Origin: Utricularia gibba
Lineage: Eukaryota; Plantae; Magnoliophyta
Assembly (NCBI GenBank): GCA_002189035.1
Contig: NEEC01000004.1
Coordinates: 4,402,001-4,466,000 of the forward strand
DNA: 64,000 nucleotides
Reading direction: 5' to 3'
Shown here: positions 54,155-64,000 of the stretch, piece by piece
Layout: the number at the start of each line of letters is the position of its first letter
Numbering within the stretch: the stretch's first letter is position 1
Position numbers and translations under genes: made by a program
The notes under the pieces: generated by a model
Seen by the model: the letters and a program-made list of their open reading frames with translations, nothing else
Databases searched by the model: none
Told to the model about the DNA's origin: nothing

Positions 54155-55299
54155 TCTGAAGAAAAAACATGCCGCTTTCGTTACATTAGAAGAGGCGGAT
54201 GGAAACGTGCAGTCCTTTTTCGATCAACATTAAACCCTAAATCTTAGACATTAAATATGGAATGGCGTTGGTGATGTGATGCAGTTGAAATGCACCTTCA
54301 TGTTTTTTAATAAGCATTCCCCAAGACATGAAAAACGATAAAAAAAAGTGAAAACAAAACCAAGAGAATGTCTGAACAGACATGTTTTAGGCGAATGAAT
54401 GAATATAGCGTGCTGTTCAGAGGGCACACGCACAACCTCGCTTCCAAACCAGGGCTTCTGACCTCACCGGCGGTGGCGCTCCTCATGCACCGGAGGTCGC
54501 CGGAGAAGGTGGTGGAGAGGACGAGACCTTGAGGGTCCTTGGGTGACTCACTTCAAAATGATGGCGATTTATTTTCTTCCCCATTAACTAGTTAATTAAT
54601 CAGTCAACTGCACTTAAATCGTAAATCACCCCTTTCACCATATTACCTCCGGATGAAGACCAATGACTTCCATCCCTTAGTTGACATGATTATAAAATAA
54701 AGTTTTCCTCAATATTTTTCCTAAATAAGACCCTCCCGTAACAGATTCGAATTCGGATTAAAAAAACGAAATCATTACGAAAAAAAAATTTGTAGCTCAT
54801 CTGAAAGCATGATCTATTCCCAACCCTCAAATGTGTAGTCCATATTAAAATCGAGGCACCTACTGTGGTGTAGCATATTACAAGGTATTTTCTTTTTATT
54901 AATATATATATATATATATTTATATTTATATTTACCGACAAGTATATCATATGTTAGGGTTTAAAGGCGAGGATGGAGACGGGAAGGTAACAAGAGAAGG
55001 CATCACAATTTAAAAAGAGTGGTCACCTCCTTGACAACAATGCGGATAGCTCAAAGTAACAGTTTCCTCTCCTATCTTAATATCATTCATTTTGGTCACA
55101 TCGCCATAAAAACCTCAAATGTACACAAACCTAGTCGATGCATATGTTGAAGTTAACGATAGATCAAATAAGTATACTATCGTCTGATCACATTAGAAAA
55201 GATTAGATACAATTGATTACTAGTAATTTACAATTTTACACACCATAACATCAACACATGCATGCCAAATATATACAAAACTATTTTTCTTACTATCGT

Positions 55300-55780
55300 T
55301 TGTATAATACAATGTGTATAGCACGAATAATTCGAATACATTATTAATAAAACACTTTCATAGCTTGAAAAGATGAGTAGAGTCACCTTGGGGGTAGGGA
55401 CTCTCAACTTCTAACTTTCCCAAACCGTACTCACAGTCGAGATCTTGAAACCGTAGGCCTTCAACGCTCGAATACTTCAACCACCAAAGAAGAGAAATGC
55501 TACGAACATGAGAAGAAGTTCTAACCTTTGAGAAAACGGGTTGATGACTCAGTGTTTATATAATAAGCTATTGGGGTCAGAGTAAATTAAATAATGGATT
55601 TAAACCGTGATTAGGGTAAGGTTAAAATTGCTTCATTTGGACGGCTTTTGCCCAGGGATTAGCACCAAGTGTCAAAGTCAGAAGGTTGAATGGGTGCCCG
55701 AGGCATTTAGTGAGGCTTGATTTTTGTGTTGATTGCATAATTACGAGAAACAAAGCATTAATTAATCGTATATTATAACA
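55300..55780 (-). mobile_element. Possible truncated LTR-retrotransposon LTR fragment
   Basis: On the minus strand it begins TGTTATAAT at 55780, contains TATATAA and a pyrimidine-rich tract, and is GC-richer than its flanks. No terminal CA with TSD and no PBS/PPT found; the left boundary is arbitrary. Confidence 0.3.
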
Positions 55781-55796
55781 TGATCCCGGGTTAGAC

Positions 55797-55821
55797 CAGT
55801 GTTTTAAATACGGATTTAATC
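55797..55821 (+). mobile_element. Isolated hAT-type terminal inverted repeat, same family as the MITE at 57065
   Basis: CAGTGTTTTAAATACGGATTTAATC resembles CAGTGTTTTAGGAACGGGTTAAACC (57065); no partner end with a matching TSD was found. Confidence 0.45.
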
Positions 55822-56931
55822 TAATTTTTTTATATGGATTAATATGGAATTCAATAATTATTATTTAAGTACATTGGCGTTGGGTAGTTTGTTTTTTAAA
55901 TAAGTTTTTTTTGTTATATAAAAATTTCTTTACTTTCAGATAAGAATTAACTTTGTATAAAAATTTTAAAGATGCACACTATTACCTATTTTTTTATTAA
56001 ATAATAATGTCCTTAAAATTAATTAAAGTTTATACTTGAATGTTTTTTCAATGAATACCATAATATTCTTCATAATAAACAAGATTCAATGCAATATAGG
56101 AGGTCATTATACTTCATAAATATGATCATTAAAATTGGAAAATATATTTATTATAAGAGAAATTTAAAGTAAAATAGTATTTTTCATTATGATATAATTT
56201 TACAAATAGAATATTAAAAATTCTGTACCAAATGCATTAATGTGATTTTAATTAAATAATAATATAGTAATTTTATATTCAACTAGGGTGCCTATGAAGG
56301 AATGGGTAAACTCAAAAAATGACTTTTTCTTTTTTATTGTGTATGTGATAATAAAAGATTTCCACATTTAAAAATAGAAAAAATTTAAAAGTAAAACTGA
56401 TATTTAATAAAAATGTCATCCCAGGAATTAATTCCTTTTTCATTATGATTCATCTGGTTGCTAATTTGGAAAAAATTATTGTAGTGGGATTGGCAACATT
56501 TATTTTTGGTCCTTTAACTACACTCAATTGCAATAACTATTACTAAAAAATATCAGATTCGACCCCTCAAAATGAAATAATTACTAAATCGCAATATCTT
56601 GGTTTACATAGGAAGAGTTTATTAAGATCACTTTAATTACGGTTTAATGTGCGTATAATGGTAGCCATGATGTTTAATTTATTTATAAATAGAAGGCATC
56701 ATTCCTTCAGCGCTAGCTTTTCAACATTTACCCCAATAGATGTGGATAATTAGATTGGTGCCCACAACATTGGAGAAAAATTCTCAAAGCAGTCCAACGA
56801 GTTTCTAAAATTCCTAATTTTGCACCACCTATGAAGACTTGAGATGCCATCCATTGTGGATCTTTATTTCTCATTTAATATCTCAACTTAGTATTAACAA
56901 AACCCATAATAATAAAGGCAATAACAAATTA

Positions 56932-57005
56932 GCTCTCGTAGCTCAGTTGGTTAGAGCACCCGTTTAGTAAGCGGGAGGTCTTGAGTTCGACTCTCAACAA
57001 GAGCA
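56932..57005 (+). tRNA. trnT-AGT: tRNA-Thr(AGT)
   Basis: Cloverleaf: D arm GCTC..GAGC, anticodon stem CCCGT/GCGGG with loop TT-AGT-AA, T arm TTGAG-TTCGACT-CTCAA, T6 terminator 57012-57017; C6:A67 mismatch in the acceptor stem. Confidence 0.97.
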
Positions 57006-57064
57006 AATTGCTTTTTTCCAATTTTTTCTTGCGCAAGTTCATGTTGATTTTAATGTGTCTGGAG

Positions 57065-57458
57065 CAGTGTTTTAGGAACGGGTTAAACCTATTGAATCGT
57101 TTTGTTATAATTTTAGGTTGAACACTTTTTAACATGGATTGAATCGGATTCATTAAATTTTAATTATATTTATCAAAATGTTAAAATATAATTATAAAAT
57201 CAAACTTTAATGTATCAAAATATTAAAAATATAAAAAATTATATATATATATATATTATTAAGATTTAATCAATATATATATATATATATCAAATATTTA
57301 TATGTCTTATATTTGATATTAATCATCTTCCCAAGATATACATTTAAAATTTTAAAAAAATGAAAGTAAAATAATTGAATTAGATACAACCCATTAAAAT
57401 ATGGATTCACATCTAATCGGATAGAACCATCACTATAACTCATGATTTTAAAACACTG
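57065..57458. mobile_element. Non-autonomous hAT-type element (MITE), 394 bp
   Basis: TIRs CAGTGTTTTA (57065) and TAAAACACTG (ends 57458); 8-bp flanks GTCTGGAG / GTCTAGAG (7/8 identical, TSD); subterminal AATCG/GGATTCA motifs; AT-rich core with (TA)n. Confidence 0.8.
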
Positions 57459-57554
57459 GTCTAGAGGGCGGAAAACTCGATGCATATCAACTCAGCTCAT
57501 CGCCATCTTGCTGAACGACTTGCAGAGACGAGCGCGCCGCTACACGTTACCCCC

Positions 57555-57641
57555 TTCATCGCCATGCAGGAACTCAGATGGCCAAGTGCGTTTCCTCCCA
57601 CTTCACGTGTCCCCTCCCTCTCTCGTATAAATCCCCATGCA
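57555..57641 (+). promoter_or_regulatory. Legumin box / RY, G-box and TATA of the 11S globulin promoter
   Basis: TTCATCGCCATGCAGGAACTCAGATGGC 57555-57582 (legumin-box-like, CATGCA core); CACGTG 57604; TATAAA 57626; second CATGCA at ~57636. Confidence 0.75.
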
Positions 57642-57672
57642 GGCTCCGGTCACTCCATCGCACACCACGCTC

Positions 57673-59354
57673 ATGGGGTACTCGTCTCTCGCCTTCCTCG
57701 TCCTCGCCCTCCTCCTCGGCTCCTCCTGCGCGCAGCTCGAGCTCCCCAGAGGGAATGGTTCCGGGAGCTTCGTCAGCAGCAGCAGCACCGCCTCCGCGGG
57801 AAGCCGAGTTGCCAGATCCAGCAGCTGGAAGCCCGTGAACCTGACCGGCGGTTCGAGTTTGAGGCAGGGTACGTTGAGTTCTGGGATTCCGGTTCTCAGG
57901 ATCTGGAGTGCGCCGGGATTCAATTTGCTCGCCATGTCATACAGCCGCGTGGACTCCTGCTCCCCCACTACGCTAATGCTCCTCAGCTCACCTACATTCT
58001 TCAAGGCAAGTATTTATCTTATCAGTTTTCATTGGAACTCCGGTGATCAAGCAAAAACTGGTCGGAATTTTGTTGGCTGAACAGGAAGGGGAGTACAGGG
58101 GATAGTGGTTCCGGGTTGTGCAGAGACTTACGAAACAGAGGACTTTAGCCGTGAAGGAGGCTGGAGGCGGCAACGACCGGAAGAGAGGAGCGATGACCGA
58201 CACCAGAAGGTTCGCCGGTTCCGGGAAGGTGATGTCTTGGCCTTCCCAGAGGGATTTGCACGGTGGACTTACAACGACGGAGAGACGCCGATAATCAGTG
58301 TCTCCATCATTGATGTTGCCAACGATCAGAACCAGCTTGACTTGAACTTCAGGGTAATAACTGAGTTGCAGTTCTCCCCTGTTCGTCTATTCTTGGTTAC
58401 TAATATTTGCGTTTCCCTTAGAAATTTTTCCTCGCTGGGAACCCGAGATCTGGCCGCCAGGAGCGAACATCGGAAGAGTCGCAGCGCCGACACGGCGGCA
58501 GAATCCAAGAGACGCGAAGGGGCGAGGAAGAGTGGAGTAACATCTTGAGGGGGTTCGACGATGAGTTTCTGGCAGAAGCTTTTAATGTTGACACTGAACT
58601 GATCAAGAAGCTTCAGGGTCAGGACGATAACAGAGGATTCATCGTAAAAGCAGAGCGCCTCCGCTTCGTGCTGCCGGAGCAAAGCAGAGAAGAGCAACAA
58701 CGCGAAAGGGAACACAGAGGCAGAGGCAATGGGCTGGAAGAAACCTTCTGCACTCTGAAACTCCACCAAAACATCGATAATCCAACCAGAACAGATTTCT
58801 TCAACCCAAAAAGCGGAAGAATCACCACAATCAACAGCCAGACTCTTCCGGCTCTTTCCCACCTCCGCCTCAGCGCAGAAAGAGGAATCCTCTACAAGGT
58901 ATACACAAAACATAACATCTAGATACAAAATCAGGCAACTGACTCACTCTGGTTCTTTCAGAATGCGTTACAAGGGCCCAAGTACACTGCAAATGCACAT
59001 GTAGCGAAGTACGTGACACGGGGAAGCGCCAGAATCCAAGTGGTCGGACACAACGGCGCCGCCGTGTTCGATGGCGAAGTTAGAGAAGGGCAACTCCTGG
59101 TCATACCTCAGAACTTCGCCATTGTGAAAAAAGCCAATGAAGATGGATTCGAGTGGATCTCCTTCAAGACGAATGACAATGCCATAAGCTCTTCTCTGGC
59201 CGGCCGCCTCTCCGCCATACGGTCGATTCCGGTGGAGGTTCTGGCGAACGCTTACGACGTTTCACGGGAGGATGCGAGCAGGCTGAAGTTCAATAGAGAA
59301 GAAGGCACCCTCTTCAGCCCCAGCTCAAAGTCGAGACGCGGCGGACACGCCTAA
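57673..59354 (+). CDS. 11S globulin seed storage protein (legumin-type), 4 exons
   Basis: Signal peptide; after a restored C at 57744-57747: [41 protein letters not shown]; PGCAETY; [14 protein letters not shown]; FFLAGNP; N|GLEETFCT alpha/beta cleavage site; FKTNDNA..LAGRLS. GC donor at 58006. Confidence 0.96.
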
Positions 59355-60120
59355 GGCACTTGCTTTACTGTAACGGAGTCGCCGGAAAATAACGTCGCCA
59401 ATGAAATAAAAGAGTTCTTTGGATTTGGCTCATCTCCAATCCTCTATTAAAAAAAAATCGATAATATAATAAAAATATTAAATTTTATTTTGGATATTAT
59501 TTACTCTTATATTTACGGTTTTTTTTAAAAAAATAGTAAATTAAATAAATAAGAAACTATTTTTTAATTACTAATTCTGAGATAGGTTACAAGAACGTGT
59601 TATAGAATTAATTTATTAATGTGATTCTGTTTATTTTTTAAAAAATTAAATATTAAGTAAAATTAGAAACTCAAAATTTTGAGATTAATTTTAAAAATTT
59701 TTAAATTGATTGAATATTCAGTTTAATAATTAAATAATACATTATTTAAAAATTATTTACATATATTAAAAATATATTTGTATTTCTATTAAATTTTATA
59801 ATATATAATAGTATATTAAATTCTACCATTTCTATTCTATAAAAAAACTTTACAATTTAAAAACTAATTATATTTATAAAATTTTAAAATTGATTATATT
59901 AATCAAAACACGCGCACCCTAAATTATTGTCGCTATCTTATCCGCAAGGGTTTTACTTTGAAAAGCAATTGGCGTGATTTCCTAGGGATGCTGTCGTGTG
60001 AAGGAAGTCGGGTCGGGTCGGGTATATACCGCCAACGAATAAGTAGTTTCTGGCATTTCGAAACCTCTATCTCATTCATTTTCACCTTTCAGCATCGGAT
60101 TTCAGATCCACGGTCGAGAT

Positions 60121-62104
60121 ATGGCTAAGGAACCAGTTCGTGTTCTCGTCACCGGTGCTGCTGGTATGTGAAGCGTTTTTCTAGATCTGATTCGTGCCGT
60201 TTGATTTACTGCTTTTGGAGTGCTTCGTTTGAATTGCATCCTGTTTCGACCGTTGCTTTGGATCTAAATGTCGGATGTTCGTGTTGCGGAAACATTTTCT
60301 GCGTCATGGATGCTGTTGTAGTGTTGGGTGAAGTGTTGTTAGTTTTGTAGATTCTGTCTTTTGATATCATCGGATTTTAACTTGGTTTCATGTTTCCGTG
60401 TTTTTTTTTTCCGCAATTCATCTTTGAGAGGTTTTTCGTTGGTCTTTTTTGTCATAGATTTTTGACGCTAAAATAAAGGGGATTTTTTATGGTTCTACGT
60501 TGGAAGGAGAATGGAACTTAGGGCAAAAAGGAAATCTTGGTACAAGAAAAGCATAATTTGGGAGAGAGTGAGTTCTTGTAGTGTTGCCTCTGGAGGGTTT
60601 ATTTCTGAGTTCCGTGGGGTTTTATGTTCTTTCTATCATTGCTGCAGTTTCTGTTGTCATTAGTTGACTAATTTTAATCGTCGATGCTCTCTTTCTTCGG
60701 AGTGATGATTCACACTTCTATTTGTGCAGGGCAAATTGGATATGCCCTGGTACCCATGATCGCTAGGGGTGTTATGTTGGGAGCTGATCAGCCTGTTATC
60801 CTGCACATGCTGGATATTCCTCCAGCTGCTGAAGCACTCAACGGAGTTAAAATGGAATTGGTTGATGCTGCATTTCCTCTTCTCAAAGGTTGAAATCTTC
60901 GAGCAAATATGTTTTGTGGATATCTCATGTCTCTTGTCATGTCAGTATTAGTTGAAATGTTTCGTGAATGATGTTTTGGTTAGGTGTTGTTGCTACCACT
61001 GACGTTGTTGAAGCTTGTACCGGTGTTAGCGTGGCTGTTTTGGTTGGTGGATTCCCTCGAAAAGAGGGCATGGAAAGAAAAGATGTCATGTCCAAGAACG
61101 TATCCATCTACAAGTCTCAGGCTTCTGCCCTCGAAAAGCATGCTGCTGCTAACTGCAAGGTAATTGTTGCTGAACTTTATGTAGTTACAGGAAGTCTTCG
61201 ATTGTGAATGGAATATGAATTTTCTACCTTTTACCTCAGGTTTTGGTTGTTGCAAACCCGGCAAACACAAATGCGTTGATCTTGAAGGAGTTTGCACCAT
61301 CGATCCCGGAGAAGAACATTACTTGTTTGACCAGGCTTGACCACAACAGGGCCCTTGGACAGATTTCAGAGAGGTTGAACGTCCAAGTCTCTGACGTCAA
61401 GAATGTGATTATTTGGGGAAACCACTCCTCAACACAGTATCCAGATGTCAACCATGCTTCCGTGACAACTCCCGCTGGAGAGAAGTCAGTTCGGGCACTC
61501 GTGTCTGATGACGAATGGTTTGTTCGCTTCTTGAACGCGTGCGTTGAACATTATTTTGTTCCGGGATTTTCAGTAACCCCTTCCTTGGTTTTTTTCAGGT
61601 TGAAGGGTGAGTTCATCAGCATTGTTCAGCAGCGTGGTGCTGCAATCATCAAAGCGAGAAAGCTTTCAAGCGCTCTATCTGCTGCCAGCTCTGCTTGTGA
61701 TCATATCCGTGATTGGGTGCTTGGAACCCCCGAGGTTTGTCTCAGTGTGTTGATTAGAAGATCACTTGTGTCTCTTCTGATCTTCTACTCTTCTCCAATC
61801 AGGGCACTTGGGTTTCCATGGGTGTATACTCTGATGGATCATACAATGTCCCAGCTGGACTTATATATTCCTTCCCTGTTACCTGCAAAAATGGGGAATG
61901 GACCATTGTCCAAGGTGAGAGCTCCATTCTCTTCAACGTCAAACAGTTTCTAAAGCCATAACCTTCAAGGGCTAATCAATGTGGTGCTTCACCTCACTCT
62001 CGGCCGCAGGACTCAACATCGACGACTATTCAAGGAAGAAGTTGGACTTAACTGCTCAAGAGCTGACCGAGGAGAAGGAGCTTGCTTATTCCTGCCTCAC
62101 CTGA
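60121..62104 (+). CDS. MDH: Cytosolic NAD-malate dehydrogenase, 7 exons
   Basis: [44 protein letters not shown]; [22 protein letters not shown]; [11 protein letters not shown]; LTRLDHNRA; [12 protein letters not shown]; [11 protein letters not shown]. Confidence 0.97.
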
Positions 62105-62789
62105 ACTAAGGCTTTTTCCTCAATGGAAGAGATCTCCCCGTGTTGTTTGATGAGTGCATCCTCACGGGCATCTATCATTAAGAACCTTGAGACGGGTTAG
62201 TCTAAATTTTCAATCTGCATTTGCTCGAGTTTTGATAACGCTGTTGTCACCCCTTCTCCCTCACTTTTTGGTAATAAATCCGTGGAGATTCAATGAAGTG
62301 GTTGAGCTCATCGCTGTTGCATGTCGCTTTCCTCGCCATACGCCATTTATTTGTTTGTCATTTAGCAAAGCATGCCGTATTATTTCAACTGCCTGGGGAA
62401 TAGGTTGAGCTTCAGAACCATGTGTTTTTTCAACGACAGCAGTTACTCTTTTTTGACTTCCTTCCCATCTCGTGGAACAAGTCCTCGGGGCGCTTGAAGT
62501 TTTTTTCCTTTTTCGGTGGGTTTCCAATCTTCACCTAATCCCAACTTGTTTGGTCATTGACTGTGCATAAAAATGCCATCTTTTAGTTGCAGAATAGTCT
62601 TGCCACCTTGTTTTTCTTGGTTACCTTTGTCTGACGTTGTGTTGAAAAAATTCAATTTCTCTCAGGAAAATGTTGAAATCCGAAATGGATGTTAACTAAT
62701 CGATTTTCAAAGTGAAATTTCACCCCCACAAAGATTTAGGACAACCAGTCGTCGTTTCAGGGGCAAAAAGCCACTTCATTTGCAAGCCT

Positions 62790-64000
62790 TTAAACTGGAA
62801 CAGTTCTAACTCTCCCATCGGGGGTCCTCGTCGCCATCTCCTGATTCTCGTCGACGTTCTCCTGCGATATCTCCTCTAGGGACTTCCCTTTCGACTCCGG
62901 CACCAGCAACGTGAAGACCATCCCCAATGCGTTGATGCATCCGAGGACAATGAGGGAGTTCCTCACCCCAATTCCAGCAGGGTACCCTGCGTCTCTCTTC
63001 GTCGGATCCCTTGACTGAGCAGCGTACAGGAACCCGAATGCACCTACTATTGCTCCGGCTTTGCCCGCCGCCGCCGATATACCGTGGCAAGTCGACCTCA
63101 GCCGCGCCGGGAAGATCTCCGCGGGGACAACGAAGGTGGTGGCGTTGGGGCCGAAGTTGGCGAAGAAGAATGTGAGCGAGTAAATGATCACGAACCCGAT
63201 TCGGTTGTCCTTGTGAGTCCAGTGATTGTACGGGATGGCTAAAGCGAACATGAACACGGTCATGAAGAAGAAGCCCATCAGCTGGATCGCGAATCTGCCG
63301 ATTTTGTCGATGAAGAAGACGGTGAACCAGTAGCCGGGAACTGTGCTGCAGAGTGCGATAAGAGTTTGAGCTCTGGCGATTCTGTAGAGTTCTTCGAGAG
63401 CATTCATTGTTTTCGGAGGCGGGATCCATCCGATGGCGGAGAATATGTCTTTTTGGAAGAGGTTTTGGCTGTAGTACGCGATGTCCAGCAAGAACCAGGT
63501 GGTCGTTGTGCCGAGAAGATGAAGGCCGTGACGGCGGAGGAATTGCCGTGAGAAAAGCCCGAATTCGTTCCCGTTTTGTTCCGCGATCTTCACTACTTTC
63601 TCCGGCTCAGCTTCGATTTCAACTTGCAATACTTTCGACATATCTGAGGCCGCTTGTTTCGCGTTTTTGGCAACCAACGCCGTGTACCTGGCAGTTTCCG
63701 GCATCTTCATCCGCCAGTAGTATGTTAACGCCGCTGGCAGAGCACCGAACATGAGAATCAATCTCCAAACGAAATCGGCTTGAGGCACTACGGACCCAGC
63801 GGGGTTATCTTGATAAGCTGGAGACGGAAATGCGGCCTTGAAAGCTGCTGATAGAATTATCGCCACCATTCCTCCGGCCAAAATCCCGAACCCTTGCATC
63901 GCGAATACCGCGGCGATAAACGCGCCACGGGTCTTCTTGTTAGCGTACTCCGACATAATAGTAGCGGAAAGAGGGTAGTCGCCCCCAATTCCAAACCCTA
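62790..64000 (-). CDS. PHT1: PHT1 inorganic phosphate transporter, 5' part beyond the right edge
   Basis: Reading frame open from the window edge: [37 protein letters not shown] (PHT1 signature), [43 protein letters not shown]. Confidence 0.97.
   Translation of the reverse strand, partial: GFGIGGDYPLSATIMSEYANKKTRGAFIAAVFAMQGFGILAGGMVAIILSAAFKAAFPSPAYQDNPAGSVVPQADFVWRLILMFGALPAALTYYWRMKMPETARYTALVAKNAKQAASDMSKVLQVEIEAEPEKVVKIAEQNGNEFGLFSRQFLRRHGLHLLGTTTTWFLLDIAYYSQNLFQKDIFSAIGWIPPPKTMNALEELYRIARAQTLIALCSTVPGYWFTVFFIDKIGRFAIQLMGFFFMTVFMFALAIPYNHWTHKDNRIGFVIIYSLTFFFANFGPNATTFVVPAEIFPARLRSTCHGISAAAGKAGAIVGAFGFLYAAQSRDPTKRDAGYPAGIGVRNSLIVLGCINALGMVFTLLVPESKGKSLEEISQENVDENQEMATRTPDGRVRTVPV

Noticed and set aside
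58326-58928. 200-aa minus-strand ORF in the 11S gene
   Set aside because: Antisense shadow spanning an intron/exon boundary; no motif.
62806-63754. Alternative-frame and antisense ORFs within PHT1
   Set aside because: Codon-bias shadows of the true PHT1 frame.

Overview
Gene-dense stretch of a plant (angiosperm) nuclear genome, with about 22 protein-coding genes in 64 kb, short introns and AT-rich spacers. In order: ANKRD13-like (partial), glycine-rich secreted protein, mitochondrial CPN60, NDUFA13/GRIM-19, DHFR-TS, AMT1, GatB, SEC20, mitochondrial uL30, TPR protein, plastid RRM ribonucleoprotein, SAM-methyltransferase-like, TTM1/2, DUF3527, caleosin/peroxygenase, NPG/NPGR, GTE1/6-like bromodomain, rhamnogalacturonan lyase, 11S globulin, cytosolic MDH and PHT1 (partial). 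Non-coding elements include tRNA-Thr(AGT), a hAT-type MITE with an 8-bp TSD in the 11S promoter, and several cis-element clusters. The most notable element not shown in the ORF track is a telobox/site II-driven, apparently spliced non-coding host gene at about 40450-41200. Its intron carries two H/ACA snoRNA-like RNAs whose four pockets match plant 18S/25S rRNA sequences (recalled from memory). Nine genes carry a single-base deletion at a G or C position, mostly in homopolymer runs; this is most likely long-read assembly error rather than pseudogenisation. All gene identities come from recognising protein motifs by eye; no database search was run.
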